The position numbers were made by a program, and so were the translations under genes. A stretch of DNA of 58,117 nucleotides from a bacterium (GTDB lineage: Bacteria > Patescibacteriota > Minisyncoccia > UBA6257 > MFKM01). The notes beneath the pieces were generated by a model, which saw nothing but the letters and a program-made list of their open reading frames with translations, was not told where the DNA came from and made no database searches. Below are positions 8,570 to 16,876 of this stretch, piece by piece. The stretch lies in contig JAUYAV010000005.1 in NCBI GenBank assembly GCA_030693325.1, positions 1 to 58,117 of the forward strand, given 5' to 3'. The stretch's first letter is position 1. The number at the start of each line of letters is the position of its first letter.

Positions 8570-9706
8570 TTAGTGTTTTAGTCCTTCAGTTTTTAAATTC
8601 TCTACTATCGCCACTTCTAACGGAATAATCGGAAACTGGCTGTAGCGCATCTGGCCGTAGGCCTTGATTAAAGATTTTAAAAGTTCCAAATGTTTTTCTT
8701 TTATTAATTCCGTGTGGCTTTTGAGTTTTTCCAGGGCTTCGGGAGCTAATTCTTCTTGAAAGGCCTTTTCCAAGGTTGGTTCAAATTTTAAAACCAGCGC
8801 CTTTCTTAGATATTGAATTAAATCTTTATTAAACTGAACCAAATTATAGCCGTCATCCTCAATCTCCGCCAGTTCCTTGAGAGATTTATCAAGCTGCCCC
8901 TTCAGAAGCGTTTCGGCAAAAGCCGCTATTTTGGAGAAAGTGACTTTGCCAACCATTTTTTCCACTTCATCCACGCTTATTTTCTGATAACCGAAAGACA
9001 ATAACTGGTCCAGGAGTGATTCCGCGTCCCGGAAACTGCCTTCAGCTGAAGCCGCGATTAATTCTAAAGCGCCGGTGGAAATTTCCAGTTTTTCGCTTTC
9101 GGCGATTTTTTTCAGTTTTTCCCGGATTACCATCAGGGGGATTTTTTTGAAATGGAATTGCTGGGTTCGGGAAACAATGGTGGCGGGAATTTTTTCAAAC
9201 TCGGTGGTGGCTAAAATTAGAATCACGTGTTCGGGCGGTTCTTCCAAAGTTTTCAAAAGAGCGTTAAAGGCCTCTTTGGTTAACATATGCGCCTCGTCAA
9301 TAATAAAAATCTTTTTTTTGAAAGAAGTAGGGGAGAGGCGGACGCTTTCTTTTAGATTTCGGATTTCATCAATGCCGCGGTTGGAGGCGGCGTCAATTTC
9401 AATAACATCCATAGCCGAGCCTTGGTCAATTTCCACGCAGGCTGCGCAGGAATTACAGGGTTCGCCTTTTTTGGCGAATTCTTCGTCTTTTTGCCGGGTC
9501 AGGCAGTTGGCGACTTTAGTGATTAAACGGGCGGCCGTGGTTTTCCCCGAACCTCGAGGGCCGGAGAAAAGATAGGCGTGGGAAAATTTATTCTGACTGG
9601 CGGAGTTTTTCAAAATCCGGCTGATTATTTCCTGGCCGAGTAAATCCTCAAAAGTCCGCGGCCGATATTTGCGATAAATAGCAAGAGCCATAAGGTGATT
9701 ATACAA
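8570..9706 (-). CDS. dnaX: DNA polymerase III subunit gamma/tau (short form)
   Basis: YRKYRPRTFEDLLGQE, Walker A GPRGSGKTT, zinc module CNSCAACVEI, DEAHML and SRTQ. Confidence 0.93.
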   Translation of the reverse strand: MYNHLMALAIYRKYRPRTFEDLLGQEIISRILKNSASQNKFSHAYLFSGPRGSGKTTAARLITKVANCLTRQKDEEFAKKGEPCNSCAACVEIDQGSAMDVIEIDAASNRGIDEIRNLKESVRLSPTSFKKKIFIIDEAHMLTKEAFNALLKTLEEPPEHVILILATTEFEKIPATIVSRTQQFHFKKIPLMVIREKLKKIAESEKLEISTGALELIAASAEGSFRDAESLLDQLLSFGYQKISVDEVEKMVGKVTFSKIAAFAETLLKGQLDKSLKELAEIEDDGYNLVQFNKDLIQYLRKALVLKFEPTLEKAFQEELAPEALEKLKSHTELIKEKHLELLKSLIKAYGQMRYSQFPIIPLEVAIVENLKTEGLKH

Positions 9707-9726
9707 TAAAATTTATAGAAAACTAA

Positions 9727-9754
9727 TAAAAAACCAGTTGTTTGGGACAACTGG
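9727..9754 (-). terminator. Rho-independent terminator after the phosphatidyltransferase gene
   Basis: The minus strand reads CCAGTTGT-CCCAA-ACAACTGG followed by TTTTTT. Confidence 0.7.
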
Positions 9755-9779
9755 CAAACCCTAAGATTCGATCCGAGAA

Positions 9780-10409
9780 TTACGCTGAATTTTCAGAGGT
9801 GGCCTTGAAGGCAAGATGGCCGATTATACTGGCGATTGCTAAAACCACTGACGGCCATAAAATTATTTGAGCCCAGAAAGGTCTTTGTAAAAGCAGGAGT
9901 GAAATTCCGATAGTTTGAAGAAAGAATTTCCATTTTCCCCAAAGGTTGGCTCCCAATTTTCTTTTAAATCCTTTTTGCTCTAGCATTGCTTTGCCGATCA
10001 AAGTTAAAACAATCAGGGTGAACTCAAATGCAATGATTAGCCAAAAAAGCAGAGGTGAAAGGAAAGAGGGGCCTTGGCTTAGAAATATTCCAAAAAGGGC
10101 AACTCCAGCCAATACCTTATCAGCGAATGGATCAAGGATTTTCCCGGCATCAGTTTCTTTTTTTCTTACTCTGGCAATCGGGCCGTCAATTAAATCCAAG
10201 AAAGCCCCAAAAATAAAAAACCAAAAAGCAATATCAGGTCTTTTATTCCAGAGAAAAAAAATGATCGGAAAAATACACAAAATCCTGATAAGGGTTAGTT
10301 GATCGGCGTTTAGCCATAAAGGCAGTGGCTTCAAAATGTTCTGCAGAAAATTTTCTTTGGCATCGGTTATTCTTTTCAGGGAAGTTTCAGTAGCGGCTAT
10401 TATATTCAT
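9780..10409 (-). CDS. CDP-alcohol phosphatidyltransferase family protein
   Basis: Family motif D(x2)DG(x2)AR...G(x3)D(x3)D, seen as DLIDGPIARVRKKETDAGKILDPFADK. Multi-pass membrane protein. Confidence 0.88.
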   Translation of the reverse strand: MNIIAATETSLKRITDAKENFLQNILKPLPLWLNADQLTLIRILCIFPIIFFLWNKRPDIAFWFFIFGAFLDLIDGPIARVRKKETDAGKILDPFADKVLAGVALFGIFLSQGPSFLSPLLFWLIIAFEFTLIVLTLIGKAMLEQKGFKRKLGANLWGKWKFFLQTIGISLLLLQRPFWAQIILWPSVVLAIASIIGHLAFKATSENSA

Positions 10410-10600
10410 TTATTCCTCCTTGTTATAAATATTTTTTTAAGGTTCTAATCTGTGCTTTTAATAAAGCATACTTTTGAAATTCTGTCAAAAATGCGCTTAG
10501 TGAACCCCGTTAGAGAACTATATTCTCTAACGGGGTGAATTATTTTGTTTTAATTGAATCAAGAATAATGGTATATTGTATTTAATTGTTATAAATTATT

Positions 10601-11908
10601 ATGAAATATTTGCTTTTTTTATTGATTTTGGCCGCTGGCGTCACTGTCTTTCTGTCCGCCAGTTGGCGGATTGAAGTTACGGTGGCCCCGACTCTTCCGG
10701 CTGCCAGCTTGGACGCGCCCGAGGCCTCTCAAGCCGGAAATCAAAAAACAACTCAAGCAACGCCAAAAATAACCGATATTGAAAATCAGAAACCGCTGGC
10801 TGATGCGCCGGAAATCATCAAGGCTATTTATTTTACCGGCTGGTCGGCCGGCAATTCGGCGAAAATAAAATATCTGATTGACTTGAAGAAAACCACGGAA
10901 ATCAATGCGGTGGTGATTGACCTTAAAGATTATTCCGGTTATGTGGGCTACGATATCCAGGTCCCGGAAGTTGAAAAATATGAAGCCAAAGAAATAAAAA
11001 TTCCTTTTATTAACCGTCTTGTCAAACAGCTCCACGATGAGGGGATTTATGTCATCGCCAGGATTACCGTTTTCCAGGACCCGCGGCTTGCCAAAGCCCG
11101 GCCCGACCTGACGGTTGAAAGCAAAAAAACCGGCGGTTCCTGGCTGGATAATAAAAAATTGGCTTGGATTGACCCGGCGGCCAAAGATGCTTGGGATTAT
11201 AATATCGCCATTGCCAAAGACGCGGCCAGCCGGGGATTTGATGAACTGAATTTTGACTACATCCGTTTTCCTTCCGATGGCGATTTGGAAGACATGGGAT
11301 TTCCTTTTTGGCAAAAAACACGGACTGACGCGGACTTAACGCGGACTAACGCAGAAACAAAAAGTGAAGTGATTAGGAATTTTTTCAAATATCTTCGTCA
11401 GCAATTGCCCGGCGTTAAAATTTCCGCCGACCTTTTCGGTTTAACGACTATCAACCAAGACGATTTAGGCATCGGGCAAATTATTGAAGATGCTTTTGAA
11501 TATTTTGATTTTGTTTCGCCGATGGTTTATCCCAGCCATTACGCTTCCGGATTTTTGGGATATAAAAATCCCGCCCTCTATCCTTACGAAGTGATTAAAT
11601 ATTCTTTAGATTCGGCTATCAAGCGTCTTATAGAATACAGCCGGCCGCAAATCGCCGTTTCCGTCTCCAGTTCAACCGCTGTCAGCTCAGTTACCGCGAG
11701 CTCAACGAATAACCAGCAGACGTTTGATTATCCGATGAAATCAAAAATACGTCCCTGGCTTCAGGATTTTAATCTAGGAGCCACTTATGACGCGAGTATG
11801 ATTACAAAACAAATCCAGGCTACCCAAGACAGTTTGGGAGATAACTTTAACGGCTGGATGCTCTGGAATCCATCAAATGTTTATATCAGGGAAGCGCTGG
11901 AGCGATAA
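10601..11908 (+). CDS. Putative glycoside-hydrolase-like TIM-barrel protein (DUF4015-like), secreted or anchored
   Basis: N-terminal hydrophobic anchor. IKAIYFTGWSAG...INAVVIDLKDYSGYVGY...WIDP...FDELNFDYIRFP resembles the DUF4015 putative glycosyl hydrolase family, judged from memory of the family and not from a search. Confidence 0.6.
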   Translation: MKYLLFLLILAAGVTVFLSASWRIEVTVAPTLPAASLDAPEASQAGNQKTTQATPKITDIENQKPLADAPEIIKAIYFTGWSAGNSAKIKYLIDLKKTTEINAVVIDLKDYSGYVGYDIQVPEVEKYEAKEIKIPFINRLVKQLHDEGIYVIARITVFQDPRLAKARPDLTVESKKTGGSWLDNKKLAWIDPAAKDAWDYNIAIAKDAASRGFDELNFDYIRFPSDGDLEDMGFPFWQKTRTDADLTRTNAETKSEVIRNFFKYLRQQLPGVKISADLFGLTTINQDDLGIGQIIEDAFEYFDFVSPMVYPSHYASGFLGYKNPALYPYEVIKYSLDSAIKRLIEYSRPQIAVSVSSSTAVSSVTASSTNNQQTFDYPMKSKIRPWLQDFNLGATYDASMITKQIQATQDSLGDNFNGWMLWNPSNVYIREALER

Positions 11909-11918
11909 CCAACAAAAT

Positions 11919-11955
11919 AAAAACCCCTCCGACATATGCCGGAGGGGTTTTTATT
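11919..11955. terminator. Bidirectional rho-independent terminator
   Basis: AAAACCCCTCCG-loop-CGGAGGGGTTTTT between convergent genes that end at 11908 and 11963. Confidence 0.8.
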
Positions 11956-11962
11956 TTAACTC

Positions 11963-12670
11963 TTATTTCTGGTCTATAATTTGTTGAATTAAATTTGTCA
12001 GGACTTCGGCTTCTTTTTGTTCTCCGAGCTGTTCGCCGGAACCTTCGCGATAATAAACGCCGCCTAAAACAATAGTGGGAATGCCTCCTTTGCTGTATTT
12101 GGAAAAAATGTCTTTGTCTTTCATATCGTTTGCGCTTGTTATCATAATGTCGTGGAAGCTGATTTTGTCGCCGAATTTAGCGGCTACCGCCTGAATAATC
12201 GGATGCTCCCACAAACAATGAGAGCAGCTGGTTGAACCGAAGAAATAAATTATCGGCTTGCCGTTTTCTTTGATAATTTCCTGGTTGGCCACTTTTATGA
12301 AGTCGCCGTCAACGGTTTCTCCGGCGGGAGGATTCGCGCTTGTTTTTGTTTCAGAAGCGGCCGTTCCTAAATTAATTGAGTCCGGGAATAACGTGCTTCC
12401 GTCTAAAGTTATGTAAGATTCAAAAATCTGGCTGTTGACATTGAGTTCCAGTTTGTAAAGGCCCTTTTCTTTATCTTCCTTGGCGCTTACCAAACTGGCG
12501 GTGCCTTTACCTTGCGAATCGTTGATATAGCTTACGGCCTTTTTGCCCGCTTCGTCGGCTGGTATTTTTTTTGTGGAGTTAAAGCCGGCGTCCTGAAATA
12601 AAAGAACAACCGAACCCACTAAAAGGATGATCAAAACGATGGTTAAAATTTTGTAATGAATTAATTTCAT
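11963..12670 (-). CDS. Membrane-anchored thioredoxin-fold (DsbA/Trx-like) protein
   Basis: N-terminal TM helix and the CxxC active-site context FFGSTSCSHCLWEHP. Confidence 0.7.
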   Translation of the reverse strand: MKLIHYKILTIVLIILLVGSVVLLFQDAGFNSTKKIPADEAGKKAVSYINDSQGKGTASLVSAKEDKEKGLYKLELNVNSQIFESYITLDGSTLFPDSINLGTAASETKTSANPPAGETVDGDFIKVANQEIIKENGKPIIYFFGSTSCSHCLWEHPIIQAVAAKFGDKISFHDIMITSANDMKDKDIFSKYSKGGIPTIVLGGVYYREGSGEQLGEQKEAEVLTNLIQQIIDQK

Positions 12671-12710
12671 ATATCTTTTAAAGATTATATTATAGAATAA
12701 AAGGTGTCAA

Positions 12711-13430
12711 ATGGCTTACGAACTGAAATTAGAACATTTTTCCGGTCCTATAGAAAAACTGCTGGAATTGATTGAAGAGAAAAAATTGGAGATTACCCAA
12801 TTAAGTTTGGCTCAGGTGACGGCAGATTTTTTGATTTATTTGACGACCGTGGAAAAAATGGCGCCGGGTATTTTGGCGGATTTTTTAGTGGTGGCTTCAC
12901 GTCTGCTTTTGATAAAATCCAAAGCCCTTTTGCCGAATTTAGTTTTAGACCAGGAGGAAGAACAAGAAATCAGGGACTTAGAGGAACGGTTAAAGATTTA
13001 TCAGGAATTCAAAATTGCCAGAGATCATATTAAGAATCTTTGGCAGGATCAACCCGTAATTTTCAGCCGGGAGTTTTTAGCTTCTTCGGGAATTACCTGC
13101 CTGCCGGCAGGCAGGTCTTTTTATCCGCCTAGGAAGATAAAGCCGGAAAATCTAGAGACAGCCTTGAATCGCTTACTTCAAGAGCTCCAGAAATTTATTT
13201 ACGAGACCAAAGATTTCAAATTGGAAGTAATCAATCTGGAAGAAAAAATGCGGGAATTTTTGAAAAGGTTGGAAATCGCCCAAACATTTAATTTCGGGAA
13301 ATTGATTAATTCCCAGCCCAAAGCCGAAATCATCACTTGTTTTTTGATGATTCTTCATTTAATTAAAGACCACTTAATAAGTGTCCAGCAGGAAAAACAT
13401 TTTTCCGAAATCACTATTGAAAAAATATAA
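12711..13430 (+). CDS. scpA: Segregation and condensation protein A
   Basis: N-terminal FSGPIEKLLELIEEKKLEITQLSLAQVTADFL is typical ScpA. Directly followed by scpB. Confidence 0.88.
   Translation: MAYELKLEHFSGPIEKLLELIEEKKLEITQLSLAQVTADFLIYLTTVEKMAPGILADFLVVASRLLLIKSKALLPNLVLDQEEEQEIRDLEERLKIYQEFKIARDHIKNLWQDQPVIFSREFLASSGITCLPAGRSFYPPRKIKPENLETALNRLLQELQKFIYETKDFKLEVINLEEKMREFLKRLEIAQTFNFGKLINSQPKAEIITCFLMILHLIKDHLISVQQEKHFSEITIEKI
13095..13116. repeat. Perfect 22-nt palindrome ACCTGCCTGCCGGCAGGCAGGT, copy 1, in frame inside scpA
   Basis: Read directly from the sequence. The core CCTGCCTGCCGGCAGGCAGG recurs at 32028..32047 and 49091..49110. Confidence 0.95.
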
Positions 13431-13451
13431 TTTTAAAATTATCATTAAAAA

Positions 13452-14009
13452 ATGGATGAGCAAATAAAAAATAATTTGACCGCGGCTTTGGAAAGTTTAT
13501 TGTTTATTCACGGCGAGCCGATTGATTTAAAAAAAATAGCCGAGCTTTTGGAAATCAAAAAAGAGGACCTGGAAGAAGTGATTGGCGTTTTTGAAAATAA
13601 ATTAAAAACTGATAATAGCAGGGGATTGGCATTAAACAGAATAGGCGACCAGGTACAATTAGCGACCAAACCGGATTTTCAGAAATTAGGCGAAAAAATC
13701 ATCAAGGAAGAAATCAAGGAAAATTTGACTCCGGCCGCTTTGGAAACCCTTTCTATAGTCGCTTATAACGGCCCGATGGCGCGGTCAATGGTTGATTATT
13801 TAAGAGGCGTGAACTCCGGTTATATTTTAAGAAATCTTCTGGTCAGGGGATTGGTTGAGCGTCATCCCGATCCCGAGCGGCCTTATGTATTCCTTTATAA
13901 TGTCAGTTTTGATTTTTTAAAACATCTGGGACTGAGTAAGCAGGAAGATTTGCCGGAATATTCAAAGTATAAGGAAGTATTAAAAAATATCACCGGCAAT
14001 GCGCAGTAA
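13452..14009 (+). CDS. scpB: Segregation and condensation protein B
   Basis: ALESLLFIHGEPIDLKKIAELL and two winged-helix-like halves. Sits next to scpA. Confidence 0.88.
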   Translation: MDEQIKNNLTAALESLLFIHGEPIDLKKIAELLEIKKEDLEEVIGVFENKLKTDNSRGLALNRIGDQVQLATKPDFQKLGEKIIKEEIKENLTPAALETLSIVAYNGPMARSMVDYLRGVNSGYILRNLLVRGLVERHPDPERPYVFLYNVSFDFLKHLGLSKQEDLPEYSKYKEVLKNITGNAQ

Positions 14010-15027
14010 ATTTCAATCTTTATTATTAGTTGTTTTGGTTTTTGTTTCTTTGTCGATTACCAAAGGAACAAAAACCGAGATTTCGGCTGTTAATCAGCCG
14101 GTTTCGTTTGCGGAATCGCTGGCGGTCAGCAGTTTGGCTCCCGAAGGGCAAAGCGGCGTAAGCGCCGAAGAAAGCTTTCCTCAGAACTTGCCGAAATTAA
14201 ATTATGGCAGCAGTCCTGATTTTTTGGGGAATTTGGTTGTTAATATCCCCCGGGGTTTTTTATCCGGGAATTCCGTTTCTTATCAATTGCCGGCCTCAAA
14301 CGAAACATTGGCAAATAAACGCCAACAGTCGCCGGATGTCATTTTGAAAACCAAAATCGCTTTAGTTTCAGATTTGGACAATGATAACGATTTGATAAGT
14401 TATAATAGCGATACTCCCTGGTCTTTAGCTTCTATTACTAAATTAATGACCGCGGTTTTGGCGATTGAAGAAATCGGCAATAAAGAAATTATACCCAGTG
14501 AAAACGCCCTTAATATTGAAGGAAATTTGGGAAAATTAGAAGCGGGAAAATTATACAAAGTTGATGACTTGATAAAAATAATGATGTTGACATCCAGCAA
14601 TCACGCGGCGATAGCCCTCGCGGATTTCTATCTTTTCGGCCAGGCGGAATTCGTGAACTTAATGAATAAAAAAGCGGTTGAACTGGGCATGAATCGGACG
14701 GTTTTCCGTGATCCGACCGGCCTCTCGCCGCTTAATCAGTCAACGGCTAATGACATCAGAAAATTAATAAAGTATATTGTTAATAATCACCCGGAAATAC
14801 TGGCTTGGAGCCGGGATAAAAGTTTTGGTGATTTTCAAAATATTAATCGTTTCGTTGAACGGCTTGATTTTTTAGGCGGCAAGACGGGAACTATTGACGA
14901 GTCAAAACAAAATTTAGTTTCTTTGTTTTTGGTTGATAACCGCCGGATTTTAATAATCGTTTTGGGAGCGGATGACCGTTTCGTCCAAACCCAACAACTT
15001 TTGGATTATTTGAAAAATGCCCAATAA
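13999..15027 (+). CDS. D-alanyl-D-alanine carboxypeptidase (serine peptidase S11-like)
   Basis: SxxK (SITK), SxN (SSN) and KTG (GGKTGT) motifs in the correct order, plus an N-terminal signal or anchor. Confidence 0.85.
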   Translation: MRSKFQSLLLVVLVFVSLSITKGTKTEISAVNQPVSFAESLAVSSLAPEGQSGVSAEESFPQNLPKLNYGSSPDFLGNLVVNIPRGFLSGNSVSYQLPASNETLANKRQQSPDVILKTKIALVSDLDNDNDLISYNSDTPWSLASITKLMTAVLAIEEIGNKEIIPSENALNIEGNLGKLEAGKLYKVDDLIKIMMLTSSNHAAIALADFYLFGQAEFVNLMNKKAVELGMNRTVFRDPTGLSPLNQSTANDIRKLIKYIVNNHPEILAWSRDKSFGDFQNINRFVERLDFLGGKTGTIDESKQNLVSLFLVDNRRILIIVLGADDRFVQTQQLLDYLKNAQ

Positions 15028-16084
15028 TACTCAAATTATTTTTCAGGTGGTGAGGATGCTGGTTCTTTTGGCCGTGTCTTTCGGAACGGCTTTTTTGTTG
15101 GCGCCGCTTTTCATCCGGCTTCTCCATAAATTCGATTTGACCAAAAAAAATATCCGCGATGCGGATGATACTCCGATTTTTTCGCGGCTTCACCAGGGCA
15201 AATCCCAGACGCCGACTATGGGAGGGATCATTATTTGGGGAACGGTTATTATTCTGGCAATTTTATTTTTAATTTTGAATAAAATCTGCGACGGCTTTTG
15301 GGGATATTTTAATTTTGTGAATCGCGCCCAAACCTATCTGCCTTTGGCGACGATGCTGATTGCCGGCCTTATCGGATTATTTGACGATATTCTGGGAATA
15401 TTGAAAATCGGCCCCAAGGGCGGGGGATTGCGGATGGGCTTGAAAATTATTCTTTACACTGCGGTGGCCGCTGTCGGCGCCTGGTGGTTTTATTCTCCAT
15501 CAATACTTAACTGGAACACTTTTTACGTTCCTTTTCTGGGGTATTTTCAAATCGGATGGTGGTATATTCCTATTTTTATATTTGTTATCATTGCGACCGC
15601 CTTTTCAACTAATGAAACCGACGGCCTTGACGGTTTGGCCGCCGGCACACTTCTGTTTGCTTTCGGTTCGCTTATTGTGGTTTCTTTTGTTTTAGGCCGT
15701 TATGATTTGGCGGCAATGGAAACGGTGATTTTGGGAGCGCTCTTGGCTTTTCTTTGGTTTAATATTTATCCGGCGAAATTTTTTATGGGCGACACCGGCG
15801 CCATGTCTTTGGGAGTAACCTTGGGAGTAATTGCTATGCTTACCAATACCGCTGTGTTCCTGCCGTTTTTCGCTTTAATTTTGGTGATTGAATCAATTTC
15901 GGTAATCATCCAGACGATAAGCAAAAAATTTTTTCACCGGAAAATTTTTCTTTCCACGCCGATTCATCACCACTTTGAAGCCATCGGCTGGCCGGAAACC
16001 CAGGTGACGATGCGTTTTTGGATTATCTCGGCTTTAGCCAGCGCTATCGGCTTGGTTCTCTTTTTCTTGGCAAGGTTTTTATGA
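15017..16084 (+). CDS. mraY: Phospho-N-acetylmuramoyl-pentapeptide transferase
   Basis: KxxTPTMGG, NETDGLDGLA, FMGDTGAMSLG and PIHHHFE motifs. Confidence 0.95.
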   Translation: MPNNTQIIFQVVRMLVLLAVSFGTAFLLAPLFIRLLHKFDLTKKNIRDADDTPIFSRLHQGKSQTPTMGGIIIWGTVIILAILFLILNKICDGFWGYFNFVNRAQTYLPLATMLIAGLIGLFDDILGILKIGPKGGGLRMGLKIILYTAVAAVGAWWFYSPSILNWNTFYVPFLGYFQIGWWYIPIFIFVIIATAFSTNETDGLDGLAAGTLLFAFGSLIVVSFVLGRYDLAAMETVILGALLAFLWFNIYPAKFFMGDTGAMSLGVTLGVIAMLTNTAVFLPFFALILVIESISVIIQTISKKFFHRKIFLSTPIHHHFEAIGWPETQVTMRFWIISALASAIGLVLFFLARFL

Positions 16085-16206
16085 TTTGACAAACTAAAAA
16101 AAGTATGCTAATATAATAGATATTAAGTTGAGATGTTTAACTAAGAGCCAAAAGGGAAACATCTCGCTGGGGATGTTGCTCTTTAAAAAAAGAAAGAGGT
16201 GAAAAG

Positions 16207-16533
16207 ATGGAAGGAATAAAAAAACCATGGCAATTGTTGATTAAACCGAGTAATCCTGATTTAATCGAAGAATCGAAAAACAAAGCTTGTCACAAAGCTC
16301 TGACTTTACTACTACATTTAGTAGATTTTATAGGGTGCGAAGAGAGCTTTAACCTAAAGGAATTAAAACTAGAAGATCAAGAAAGTAAGGGCAATTGTTT
16401 CATCGGTTTCACCGAAAAAGACATAGAATTCCTTTTGGGAAAGGGATTCTTAGATCAAGAAAGCAAGGGTCTATATAAAGTAAATAGCTCGGGGATAAAA
16501 TATCTCGAGCAAAATGATGCCCTAGGAGAATAG
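16207..16533 (+). CDS. Hypothetical protein
   Basis: 108-aa ORF with GAGG 6 nt upstream of the ATG and a terminator downstream. I recognised no motif. Confidence 0.5.
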   Translation: MEGIKKPWQLLIKPSNPDLIEESKNKACHKALTLLLHLVDFIGCEESFNLKELKLEDQESKGNCFIGFTEKDIEFLLGKGFLDQESKGLYKVNSSGIKYLEQNDALGE

Positions 16534-16549
16534 ATAGGACAATTATTTA

Positions 16550-16597
16550 CAGCCCGTTCTTCAAGGATAAAACCTTGGAGACGGGCTGTTTTATTTT
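16550..16597 (+). terminator. Rho-independent terminator
   Basis: CAGCCCGT...ACGGGCTG long hairpin followed by TTTTATTTTT. Confidence 0.7.
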
Positions 16598-16876
16598 TAA
16601 CTCCAATGAAATAATCTCAAAATTTTTCCTAAGCCAGCGTGTTGGAGCGAAGCCAGAAATTACCGAGCGAGGAGGAAGAAATAGGAAAATAGCGCTGTTT
16701 GAATCCCGAAGCGAAGCCCCGCTTAGCGGGGCGAAGCGGAGGTTGAGTTCGCCATTTTCCGTCAATTTTTGACGAGGAGCGAGGATAATTTCTCTGAGCG
16801 GAAATTTGCTGGCGGGAAAAAGTTTTGAGATTATAAATACCTAATCTGTTTTTATTTCATGTTATAATTATTTCAA

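Noticed and set aside
10504-10536. Hairpin ACCCCGTTAGAGAA/TTCTCTAACGGGGT as a terminator
   Set aside because: It sits between divergent gene starts (10409 and 10601) without a T-tract. It is likely another dispersed palindrome or an operator. It is single copy in this window, so it is not pursued.
10619-11314. 231-aa antisense ORF, along with the many other listed ORFs nested antisense or out of frame within longer genes
   Set aside because: These are shadow ORFs inside well-supported genes. They have low-complexity or Arg/Pro/Gly-rich composition and no start context.
16600-16800. GCGAAGC/GAGCGAGG-rich stretch considered as a repeat array or ncRNA
   Set aside because: The motifs are irregularly spaced with no consistent period and only short local hairpins (GCCCCGC-TTA-GCGGGGC, CGTCAA-TTT-TTGACG). 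This is probably degenerate remnants of the same GC-rich repeat family, and it is not enough for a specific call.
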